DNA of 64,000 bases, taken from positions 23,746,001 through 23,810,000 of the forward strand of contig NC_043002.1 of assembly GCF_006345805.1 (NCBI RefSeq), read 5' to 3'. This stretch comes from Octopus sinensis (Eukaryota). The notes beneath the pieces were generated by a model, which worked only from the letters and a program-made list of their open reading frames with translations, was not told the origin of the DNA and searched no databases. Positions within the stretch are counted from its first letter, which is position 1. Every line of letters starts with the position of its first letter. The position numbers were made by a program, and so were the translations under genes. Shown here piece by piece: positions 41,740-53,864 of this stretch.

Positions 41740-42152
41740 GACAGGCACCCATGCCAACCCCATTGCTTGCGAAGACATGTTGGGGCAAGCGAAATCGAAA
41801 TCGAATTGACCCAGCCAGGATCCCTGGTCTGGTGGTACGTAAAAAGCACTATCCGACTCGTGGCCGATGCCAGCACCCCCTCGTTTGGCTTCCGTGCAGG
41901 TGGCACATAAAATACACCAATCCGACCGTGGCCGTTGCCAGCCTCGCCTGGCACCTGTGCAGGTGGCACGTGAAAAGCACCCACTACACTCACGGAGTGG
42001 TTGGCGTTAGGAAGGGCATCCAGCTGTAGAAACACTGCCAGATAAGACTGGAGCCTGGTGCAGCCTTCTGGCTTTCCAGATCCCCGGTCGAACCGTCCAA
42101 CCCATGCTAGCATGGAGAACGGACGTTAAACGATGATGATGATGATGATGAT
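41740..42152 (+). mobile_element. RTE-tailed SINE/retroposon with (GAT)n tail
   Basis: Reverse complement of the family at 2147 and 11136. Confidence 0.8.
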
Positions 42153-42339
42153 TGGAAGCTTAATGTAGGGTATCTTAAGGAGTGCAAATATGGACGGCAA
42201 AAATCATTCAGGCATGCCTGATTGGTTGAGAAAGTTCCGAAGTACTTTGTGGCACCTTGGGCAAGTGCCTTGTGAGTGAATTTGGTAGATTAAAACTGTG
42301 TGGAAGCCCACTGTATATATGTATATATATATATATATA

Positions 42340-43623
42340 TCAGGTCATTAAGAATGAAATGTCTAATTTTGAACTGAAAGTTTATTTTACTTTATCTCAA
42401 CAAAAAGCAATGCAATTAATCAAAGTATGCACCTAAATTATCAACATAATTTTGCCATTTTATCAGTAGCTTATTTAGCTGGTAGTGAAGAATTCTGGAG
42501 AGCAAGAGGTGATGAATTCCTGAAAGGCTGTTTTTGCATCTTTTTCAGATTTGAAGTTTTTTCCTTGCAAAGAGTTGTCTGGTGCCTGGAAAATGTGATA
42601 GTCAGTTGATACAAGGTCTGGTGAGTATGGTGGATGACACAGTACTTCCAAGTTCAGTTCCTGTAACTGGAGTAGCATTCTTTGTGCAACATGTGGCTGA
42701 ACATTGTCTTGCAAGAGAATTGGCTTGTCTCTATTGACCAATCTTGGTTGTTTAATTGCAAATTCACTCATCATTTCATTCAATTGTTTGTATACATCCA
42801 CTGTAATTGACTTAACAGGTCTCATGAAGCTGTAGTGGATGACACCAACCCTGGATCACCAAACAGACATCATTACTTTATTTTGGTGAATATTCTTGTT
42901 TAGATTGTGTTTTGGTACTTTGCCTCTATCCAGCCACCATGCAGAATGCTTTCTATTGTTGAAAAGAATCCATTTTTCATCACACATAACAAAATGATGC
43001 AAAAATGGTTTGCTTTTATGCCGTGACAGCAAAGAACAGCAAGTTTCAAGACAACATGTCATTTGATGCTTGTTCAGTTCATGTGGTACCCACTTGTCCA
43101 GCTTCTTTACCTTGCTTATTTGTTTCAGATGGTCCAATACAGTTGGAATGGAACTATCAAACCTTGCTGCTAACTCACACGTAGTCCGACATGTATGTGC
43201 TTCCAATACAGTTTCCAGCTCATCATTATCCACCTTGGTCCCAGATCTACCATGGGGCTGATTTTCTAGGGTAAAGTCAACAGACCGGAACTTCTCAAAC
43301 CATTGACGTACATTGGGCTCATTCACCACATATTCACCAAACACCTGATTGATGTTTCAAGCTGTCTGGGATGCATTGGTTCCATGGCAGAACTCATATT
43401 CATAAACAACATGAATTTTTTATCTATCCATGGATTCACAGAAATTGATTTACAAGAGAAAACTCACAATATAATCAGACACCATGAACTGCATTTCAAA
43501 AAGTGATGATGTAACTCTTCAGTGTTCTAAAACAAAGAAGAATTGTCAGGATAAAAAAATTAGAGTTAACGACTGTCAAACTTGGGGCATAAGAAAACCA
43601 GACATTTCATTCTTAATGACCTA
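42340..43623 (-). mobile_element. Full-length (~1.28 kb) mariner transposon; D,D34D transposase pseudogene
   Basis: TIRs aggtcattaagaatgaaatgtc / gacatttcattcttaatgacct; ORF pieces with WVPHEL, CDEKW, LLQDNVQPH and HPPYSPDLVSTDY (34 residues between the last two D); in-frame stops. Confidence 0.93.
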
Positions 43624-43657
43624 CATACATACATACATACATACATACATACATACA

Positions 43658-43693
<36 letters not shown>

Positions 43694-43701
43694 TATATAT
43701 A

Positions 43702-44076
43702 CACTTGCGTCAGAAATTAATTAGCACTTCTCAAATTTCTACATTAAATAGGTTAAATCAATTACCTATGAGCTGTTCAAACCGTCTTACACGCGATGAG
43801 AAAACTTAGTATGGTGTGATTTCGGTCCTTGCGAGGCGCTACCTATATCTATTAACAAAGGAAGATTGTCTGCATCCGCACTCCAATTTGTTGCACTGCT
43901 ATGTCAACATCATAAGGCTGTAGACTCTCAAACTGCTCTGCAAACAAAGTTACGTCATCGTTCTGCGCAACAGTGAACTCGCAACAAAGCAATAGTTCGA
44001 GATATGGCCACTAGGTGACAGCACATACCTTGAGTGAAGAGCAAATCAAGGGTGCTATTAATTTCTGACGGTAGTG
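43702..44076. mobile_element. Tc1-type MITE (375 bp, TA-flanked)
   Basis: TIRs cacttgcgtcagaaattaattagcac / gtgctattaatttctgacggtagtg. Confidence 0.85.
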
Positions 44077-44099
44077 TATATATATATATATATATAATA

Positions 44100-44150
<51 letters not shown>

Positions 44151-44158
44151 CATATATA

Positions 44159-47100
44159 TTAGTCAATTTAGGGTAGCAAAAAATTCAATAGAAATTTATC
44201 GCTACCAGCGGCCTGGTGGAAAAGAGAAAATAGTCAACGACTAAATATATAAATATAACAATTTAGGAGTGACCCTAACAGGTCATTCGTCCACCAGAAA
44301 GAGCAGCCATAACTCACACCGCCAAGTAGTAGTAATTCAGAAATTAGGTGAAAATTTAAAAACATTTACCCTAATTCATCTTTTAGACGTTGCAACGTTT
44401 CTGTGTCATTAATGATTAAATTAGCTTAATTAAATTAAATTAAGCTAATCTACCATAGGTTACACTTCATCAGTAAAAAACCTGGGAGAGACAAATATAC
44501 ACGAGGCGTCTGTATCGATGCCTACGGAATATCTGTCTTAAAATTTTCAAGACTGACGTATTCGCGCCAAACTTATCAGCAGTAAATATAAACTGCCGAT
44601 TCAATCTCAGAATTATTCAGAAAATTATCAATTAGTCAATTTAGGGTAGCAAAAAATTCAATAGAAATTTATCGCTACCAGCGGCCTGGTGGAAAAGAGA
44701 AAATAGTCATCGACTAAATATATAAATATAACAATTTAGGAGTGACCCTAACAGGTCATTCGTCCACCAGAAAGAGCAGCCATAACTCACACCGCCAAGT
44801 AGTAGTAATTCAGAAATTAGGTGAAAATTTAAAAACATTTACCTAATTCATCTTTTAGACGTTGCAACGTTTCGGTGTCATTAATGATTAAATTAGCTTA
44901 ATTAAATTAAATTAAGCCAATCTACCATAGGTTACACTTCATCAGTAAAAAACCTGGGAGAGACAAATATACACGAGGCGTCTGTATCGATGCCTACGGA
45001 ATATCTGTCTTAAAATTTTCAAGACTGACGTATTCGCGCCAAACTTATCAGCAGTAATATAAACTGCCGATTCAATCTCAGAATTATTCAGAAAATTATC
45101 AATTAGTCAATTTAGGGTAGCAAAAAATTCAATAGAAATTATCGCTACCAGCGGCCTGGTGGAAAAGAGAAAATAGTCATCGACTAAATATATAAATATA
45201 ACAATTTAGGAGTGACCCTAACAGGTCATTAGTCCACCAGAAAGAGCAGCCATAACTCACACCGCCAAGTAGTAGTAATTCAGAAATTAGGTGAAAATTA
45301 AAAACATTACCCTAATTCATCTTTTAGACGTTGCAACGTTTCGGTGTCATTAATGATTAAATTAGCTTAATTAAATTAAATTAAGCCAATCTACCATAGG
45401 TTACACTTCATCAGTAAAAAACCTGGGAGAGACAAATATACACGAGGCGTCTGTATCGATGCCTACGGAATATCTGTCTTAAAATTTTCAAGACTGACGT
45501 ATTCGCGCCAAACTTATCAGCAGTAAATATAAACTGCCGATTCAATCTCAGAATTATTCAGAAAATTATCAATTAGTCAATTTAGGGTAGCAAAAAATTC
45601 AATAGAAATTTATCGCTACCAGCGGCCTGGTGGAAAAGAGAAAAGTCATCGACTAAATATATAAATATAACATTTAGGAGTGACCCTAACAGGTCATCGT
45701 CCACCAGAAAGAGCAGCCATAACTCACACCGCCAAGTAGTAGTAATTCAGAAATTAGGTGAAAATTTAAAAACATTTACCCTAATTCATCTTTTAGACGT
45801 TGCAACGTTTCGGTGTCATTAATGATTAAATTAGCTTAATTAAATTTAATTAAGACGCCTCGTGTATATTTGTCTCTCCCAGGTTTTTTACTGATGAAGT
45901 GTAACCTATGGTAGATTGGCTTAATTTAATTTAATTAAGCTAATTTAATCATTAATGACACCGAAACGTTGCAACGTCTAAAAGATGAATTAGGGTAAAT
46001 GTTTTTAAATTTTCACCTAATTTCTGAATTACTACTACTTGGCGGTGTGAGTTATGGCTGCTCTTTCTGGTGGACGAATGACCTGTTAGGGTCACTCCTA
46101 AATTGTTATATTTATATATTAGTCGATGACTATTTTCTCTTTTCCACCAGGCCGCTGGTAGCGATAAATTTCTATTGATTTTTTTGCTACCCTAAATTGA
46201 CTAATTGATAATTTTCTGAATAATTCTGAGATTGAATCGGCAGTTTATATTTACTGCTGATAAGTTTGGCGCGAATACGTCAGTCTTGAAAATTTTAAGA
46301 CAGATATTCCGTAGGCATCGATACAGACGCCTCGTGTATATTTGTCTCTCCCAGGTTTTTTACTGATGAAGTGTAACCTATGGTAGATTGGCTTAATTTA
46401 ATTTAATTAAGCTAATTTAATCATTAATGACACCGAAACGTTGCAACGTCTAAAAGATGAATTAGGGTAAATGTTTTTAAATTTTCACCTAATTTCTGAA
46501 TTACTACTACTTGGCGGTGTGAGTTATGGCTGCTCTTTCTGGTGGACGAATGACCTGTTAGGGTCACTCCTAAATTGTTATATTTATATATTTAGTCGAT
46601 GACTATTTTCTCTTTTCCACCAGGCCGCTGGTAGCGATAAATTTCTATTGAATTTTTTGCTACCCTAAATTGACTAATTGATAATTTTCTGAATAATTCT
46701 GAGATTGAATCGGCAGTTTATATTTACTGCTGATAAGTTTGGCGCGAATACGTCAGTCTTGAAAATTTTAAGACAGATATTCCGTAGGCATCGATACAGA
46801 CGCCTCGTGTATATTGTCTCTCCCAGGTTTTTTACTGATGAAGTGTAACCTATGGTAGATTGGCTTAATTTAATTTAATTAAGCTAATTTATCATTAATG
46901 ACACCGAAACGTTGCAACGTCTAAAAGATGAATTAGGGTAAATGTTTTTAATTTTCACCTAATTTCTGAATTACTCTACTTGGCGGTGTGAGTTATGGCT
47001 GCTCTTTCTGGTGGACTAATGACCTGTTAGGGTCACTCCTAAATTGTTATATTTATATATTTAGTCGATGACTATTTTCTCTTTTCCACCAGGCCGCTGG

Positions 47101-50100
47101 TAGCGATAAATTTCTATTGAATTTTTTTGCTACCCTAAATTGACTAATTGATAATTTTCTGAATAATTCTGAGATTGAATCGGCAGTTTATATTACTGCT
47201 GATAAGTTTGGCGCGAATACGTCAGTCTTGAAAATTTTAAGACAGATATTCCGTAGGCATCGATACAGACGCCTCGTGTATATTTGTCTCTCCAGGTTTT
47301 TTACTGATGAAGTGTAACCTATGGTAGATTGGCTTAATTTATTTAATTAAGCTAATTTAATCATTAATGACACCGAAACGTTGCAACGTCTAAAAGATGA
47401 ATTAGGGTAAATGTTTTTAAATTTTCACCTAATTTCTGAATTACTACTACTTGGCGGTGTGAGTTATGGCTGCTCTTTCTGGTGGACGATGACCTGTTAG
47501 GGTCACTCCTAAATTGTTATATTTATATATTTAGTCGATGACTATTTTCTCTTTTCCACCAGGCCGCTGGTAGCGATAAATTTCTATTGAATTTTTTTGC
47601 TACCCTAAATTGACTAATTGATAATTTTCTGAATAATTCTGAGATTGAATCGGCAGTTTATATTTACTGCTGATAAGTTTGGCGCGAATACGTCAGTCTT
47701 GAAAATTTTAAGACAGATATTCCGTAGGCATCGATACAGACGCCTCGTGTATATTTGTCTCTCCCAGGTTTTTTACTGATGAAGTGTAACCTATGGTAGA
47801 TTGGCTTAATTTAATTTAATTAAGCTAATTTAATCATTAATGACACCGAAACGTTGCAACGTCTAAAAGATGAATTAGGGTAAATGTTTTTAAATTTTCA
47901 CCTAATTTCTGAATTACTACTACTTGGCGGTGTGAGTTATGGCTGCTCTTCTGGTGGACGAATGACCTGTTAGGGTCACTCCTAAATTGTTATATTTATA
48001 TATTTAGTCGATGACTATTTTCTCTTTTCCGCCAGGCCGCTGGTAGCGATAAATTTCTATTGAATTTTTTTGCTACCCTAAATTGACTAATTGATAATTT
48101 TCTGAATAATTCTGAGATTGAATCGGCAGTTTATATTTACTGCTGATAAGTTTGGCGCGAATACGTCAGTCTTGAAAATTTTAAGACAGATATTCCGTAG
48201 GCATCGATACAGACGCCTCGTGTATATTGTCTCTCCCAGGTTTTTTACTGATGAAGTGTAACCTATGGTAGATTGGCTTAATTAATTTAATTAAGCTAAT
48301 TTAATCATTAATGACACCGAAACGTTGCAACGTCTAAAAGATGAATTAGGGTAAATGTTTTTAAATTTTCACCTAATTTCTGAATTACTACTACTTGGCG
48401 GTGTGAGTTATGGCTGCTCTTTCTGGTGGACGAATGAACTGTTAGGGTCACTCCTAAATTGTTATATTTATATATTTAGTCGATGACTATTTTCTTTTCC
48501 ACCAGGCCGCTGGTAGCGATAAATTTCTATTGAATTTTTTTGCTACCCTAAATTGACTAATTGATAATTTTCTGAATAATTCTGAGATTGAATCGGCAGT
48601 TTATATTTAATGCTGATAAGTTTGGCGCGAATACGTCAGTCTTGAAAATTTTAAGACAGATATCCGTAGGCATCGATACAGACGCCTCGTGTATATTTGT
48701 CTCTCCCAGGTTTTTTACTGATGAAGTGTAACCTATGGTAGATTGGCTTAATTAATTTAATTAAGCTAATTTAATCATTAATGACACCGAAACGTTGCAA
48801 CGTCTAAAAGATGAATTAGGGTAATGTTTTTAAATTTTCACCTAATTTCTGAATTACTACTACTTGGCGGTGTGAGTATGGCTGCTCTTTTGGTGGACGA
48901 ATGACCTGTTAGGGTCACTCCTAAATGTTATATTTATATATTTAGTCGATGACTATTTTCTCTTTTCCCCAGGCCGCTGGTAGGATAAATTTCTATTGAA
49001 TTTTTTTGCTACCCTAATTGACTAATTGATAATTTTCTGAATAATTCTGAGATTGAATCGGCAGTATATTTACTGCTGATAAGTTTGGCGCGAATACGTC
49101 AGTCTTGAAAATTTTAAGACAGATATTCCGTAGGCATCGATACAGACGCCTCGTGTATATTTGTCTCTCCCAGGTTTTTTACTGATGAAGTGTAACCTAT
49201 GGTAGATTCGCTTAATTTAATTAATTAAGCTAATTTAATCATTAATGACACCGAAACGTTGCAACGTCTAAAAGATGAATTAGGGTAAATGTTTTTAAAT
49301 TTTCACCTAATTTCTGAATTACTACTACTTGGCGGTGTGAGTTATGGCTGCTCTTTCTGGTGGACGAATGACTGTTAGGGTCACTCCTAAATTGTTATAT
49401 TTATATATTAGTCGATGACTATTTTCTCTTTTCACCAGGCCGCTGGTAGCGATAAATTTCTATTGAATTTTTTGCTACCCTAAATTGACTAATTGATAAT
49501 TTTCTGAATAATTCTGAGATTGAATCGGCAGTTTATATTACTGCTGATAAGTTTGGCGGGAATACGTCAGTCTTGAAAATTTTAAGACAGATATTCCGTA
49601 GGCATCGATACAGACGCCTCGTGTATATTTGTCTCTCCCAGGTTTTTACTGATGAAGTGTAACCTATGGTAGATTGGCTTAATTTAATTTAATTAAGCTA
49701 ATTTAATCATTAATGACACCGAAACGTTGCAACGTCTAAAAGATGAATTAGGGTAAATGTTTTTAAATTTTCACCTAATTTCTGAATTACTACTATTGGG
49801 GTGTGAGTTATGGCTGCTCTTCTGGTGGACGAATGACCTGTTAGGGTCACTCCTAAATTGTTATATTTATATTTAGTCGATGACTATTTTCTCTTTTCCA
49901 CCAGGCCGCTGGTAGCGATAATTTCTATTGAATTTTTTGCTACCCTAAATTGACTAATTGATAATTTTCTGAATAATTCTGAGATTGAATCGGCAGTTTA
50001 TATTTACTGCTGATAAGTTTGGCGCGAATACGTCAGTCTTGAAAATTTTAAGACAGATATTCCGTAGGCATCGATACAGGACGCCTCGTGTATATTGTCT

Positions 50101-51278
50101 CTCCCAGGTTTTTTACTGATGAAGTGTAACCTATGGTAGATTGGCTTAATTTAATTTAATTAGCTAATTAATCATTAATGACACCGAAACGTTGCAACGT
50201 CTAAAAGATGAATTAGGGTAAATGTTTTTAAATTTTCACCTAATTTCTGAATTACTACTACTTGGCGGTGTGAGTTATGGTGCTCTTTCTGGTGGACGAA
50301 TGACCTGTTAGGGTCACTCCTAAATTGTTATATTTATATATTTAGTCGATGACTATTTTCTCTTTTCCACCAGGCCGCTGGTAGCGATAAATTCTATTGA
50401 ATTTTTTTGCTACCCTAAATGACTAATTGATAATTTTCTGAATAATTCTGAGATTGAATCGGCAGTTTATATTTACTGCTGATAAGTTTGGCGCGAATAC
50501 GTCAGTCTTGAAAATTTTAAGACAGATATTCCGTAGGCATCGATACAGACGCCTCGTGTATATTTGTCTCTCCCAGGTTTTTTACTGATGAAGTGTAACC
50601 TATGGTAGATTGGCTTAATTTAATTTAATTAAGCTAATTTAATCATTAATGACACCGAAACGAAACGTTGCAACGTCTAAAAGATGAATTAGGGTAAATG
50701 TTTTTAAATTCACCAATAATTTCTGAATTACTACTACTTGGCGGCTGTGTGAGTTATGGCTGCTCTTTCTGGTGGACGAATGACCTGTTAGGGTCACTCC
50801 TAAATTGTTATATTTATATATTTAGTCGATGACTATTTTCTCTTTTCCACCAGGCCGCTGGTAGCGATAAATTTCTATTGAATTTTGCTACCCTAATTGA
50901 CTAATGATAATTTTCTGAATAATTCTGAGATTGAATCGGCAGTTATATTTACTGCTGATAAGTTTGGCGCGAATACGTCAGTCTTGAAAATTTTAAGACA
51001 GATATTCCGTAGGCATCGATACAGACGCCTCGTGTATATTTGTCTCTCCCAGGTTTTTTACTGATGAAGTGTAACCTATGGTAGATTGGCTTAATTTAAT
51101 TTAATTAAGCTAATTAATCATTAATGACACCGAAACGTTGCAACGTCTAAAAGATGAATTAGGGTAAATGTTTTTAATTTTCACCTAATTTCTGAATTAC
51201 TACTACTTGGCGGTGTGAGTTATGGCTGCTCTTTCTGGTGGACGAATGACCTGTTAGGGTCACTCCTAAATTGTTATA
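44159..51278. repeat. Tandem array of ~472-bp hammerhead-containing units with an internal inversion at ~45854 (retrozyme / Penelope-pLTR-like)
   Basis: Unit starts at 44161, 44634, 45105 and 45575 in the left block. CTGATGA at 45891, 46363, 46835, 47304, 47776, 48248, 48718, 49182, 49649, 50116, 50585 and 51061 in the right block. No ORF >=60 aa within the units; (TA)n on both sides. Confidence 0.97.
45886..45983 (+). ncRNA. Type I hammerhead ribozyme (representative of 12 plus-strand and 3 complete minus-strand copies)
   Basis: tttta-CTGATGA-a-gtgt[long hairpin]acac-c-GAAA-cgttgcaacg-TC-taaaa. Helix I is tttta/taaaa, helix III is ACGTTGCAACGT, predicted cleavage after GUC at 45978. Confidence 0.85.
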
Positions 51279-51279
51279 C

Positions 51280-51330
<51 letters not shown>

Positions 51331-52194
51331 TATATATATACACACACACACATATATATCATCATCATCATCATCATCATTTAGCGTCCGTTTTCCATGC
51401 TAGCATGGGTTATATATATATATCACGTGACTGACCAGGCTATCAGATGTTGCTACACATCGCTGGTCACAATGCACTTCGCATTGTTTTAGCCTTCAAA
51501 TGACGCCACCCCGCTGGGCAAGTGGGCAGGCCAACAGAAGAAAGCGTGAGAGAAAGTTGCGACGAAAGAGTACAGCAGGGATCGCCACCCCTCCCTGCCG
51601 GAGCCTCATGGAGCTTTAGGTGTTTTCGCTCAATAAACACTTGCAACGCCCGGTCTTGGAATTGAAACCATGATCCTACGACCACGAGTCTGCTGCCCTA
51701 ATCACTGAGCCATTGGTGGTGATATATATATATCACCATCATCATCATCATCATCTAATGTCTGCTTTCCATGCTGGCGTGGGTAAGATGGTTTGACTGG
51801 AACTAGTAAACCAGAGAGCTGTGCCAGGTTCCAGTCTGATTTGGCATGGTTTCCATGGCTGGATGCTCTTCCCAATGCTAACCACTCCAAGAGTGTAAGG
51901 GGCACTTTTTATATGCCACCAGCATAGGTGCCATTTACATGACACCAGCAACAGACATGATGTATGTGTGTGTCTTTGTGTTTGTCCTCCACCACTGCTT
52001 GACAACCAGTGTTGGTTTGTTTATGACCCTATAACTAAACATTTTGGCAAAAGAGACCAATATGACAAATAACTGACTTAAGGAAAATAAATACTGGTGT
52101 TGTATTTACTTATCTAAACCCTTCAAGGTGGTCCTTCAGCATGGTTGAAGACTGAAACAAATAAAAGATAAAGGATATGATACTTTAATTGTAT

Positions 52195-52545
52195 GTCTTC
52201 TTCTTCTTCTTCTTCTTCTTCTTCTTCTTCTTCTTCTTCTTCTTCCTTTTTGCCCCTTGTGGAGCATAGGACCTCAACAGTTGTTTTCCACTTTTTGTGG
52301 TCATTGGCATGTTTCTTGGCTGCTTCCCATGTCAGGCCGGTGGTCCTGAGCTCGTCCAAAATGCTCCGCTTCCATGTCTGCTCCGGACGTCCTCACTTCC
52401 TTTTCCTCTGCGGATTCCAGTCAAGTGCTTGTTGTGTCACATTTGAGGGTTCTTTCCACAGTGTGTCCCCGATCCATCTCTATTTCCTTCGTCTCATCTG
52501 AACATGTATGGGCTCCTGGTTGGCCCTTTCCCACAGATCAGTGTT
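52195..52545 (-). mobile_element. 5'-truncated RTE-clade LINE end with (GAA)n tail
   Basis: Minus strand reads IRRRK*RWIGDT...RKRK*GRPEQTWKRSILDELRTTGLTWEAAKKHANDHKKWK. Confidence 0.8.
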
Positions 52546-53429
52546 TGGCACTCTAGCATACAAAATTGCAACTTATAACAAAACATTAACTAAAATCAAA
52601 CTTTGACTAAAGGCAGCTGCAAACTTGCAGTCAAACATTGGCTAATGGTAGAATGTAACTAAAACAATTAAAGGTCTATTGAATATAACTGAATATAATC
52701 CTCTTCCATAAAGAGTAGAAACTGAGTGATGGACTGATGAGCTTACAAAAGTCTAGCATATTTCTATAAGACATCTAAAATACAAATGGAATCATAACGA
52801 AAAGATAAAGATACAGAAATATAATTTATCTTGGAATTAAAATTTATCAAAGAAAATCACAGGAATTTCATTAAAATATTGTAAAAAAGAAAAACTGCAT
52901 AAAAATCAATGAATATTGTAAAATAAAAATCTGATAAAATTTTTCTCAAAACAGCTGATTGTTTATTTTATCAAGTGTCATTTCACAATCAATAGTTGTA
53001 GGTCAGCCATAACGACTGACCTAGCCTACATTGCCAATATTGATTTCTTTTTACGTTGTCACGAGGTCACAAATTTGTAATAGGGGAGGTTGGAGGTGCA
53101 GTCAATTGAATGAAGGTCTGGTACTCGACTGATACTTATTTTATTGATTTCCCCCTTGGACAGATGAAACTAACTATTTTTACAACTCTATTCCCCTTGT
53201 ACAATACAAAAATTAATTACTGATGCATTAACTGTGTTCTCTGGCAATGCTGTACTGTGTACTGTGAAATATATCTATAGATTTTTAGTCATCACTGTGC
53301 GCATAGACAGTGTGGTTAAGAATCTTGCTTCCCAACCATATGGTTTCAGGTTCTGGCCCACTGCATGGCACCTTCTACTATAGCCACTGGTTCCTTGTCA
53401 GTGAATTTGGTAGGCAGAAACTGAAAGAA

Positions 53430-53659
53430 ACGGCAAGCTGGCAGAATCGTTAGCTTGCTGGGCAAAATGCTTAGCAGTATTTTGTCTGCCGTTACGTTCT
53501 GAGTTCAAATTCCGCCGCGGTCAACTATGCCTTTCATCCTTTTGGGGTCGATAAATTAAGTACCAATTATGCACTGGGGTCGATGTAATCAACTTAATCC
53601 CTTTGTCTGTCCTTGTTTGTCCCCTCTGTGTTTAGCCCCTTGTGGGCAATAAAGAAATA
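53430..53659 (+). mobile_element. SINE nested inside another SINE, 14-bp TSD
   Basis: TSD agaaactgaaagaa at 53416-53429 and 53660-53673. Confidence 0.88.
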
Positions 53660-53689
53660 AGAAACTGAAAGAAGCCCATCATACATATG

Positions 53690-53759
<70 letters not shown>

Positions 53760-53814
53760 ATAACACAATTGCAGCGTGGAAGGTGTTTATAAGCCATTTG
53801 CGAGTACATCTCCG

Positions 53815-53864
<50 letters not shown>

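Noticed and set aside
45990-46196. TTAGGG/CCCTAA hexamers in the array unit (telomere link)
   Set aside because: Only isolated single hexamers, never tandem; insufficient to claim a telomere-associated element.
44159-51278. Array as 5S rDNA, snRNA, spliced-leader or histone tandem cluster
   Set aside because: No recognisable sequence of those genes and no ORF; the only identifiable motif is the hammerhead.
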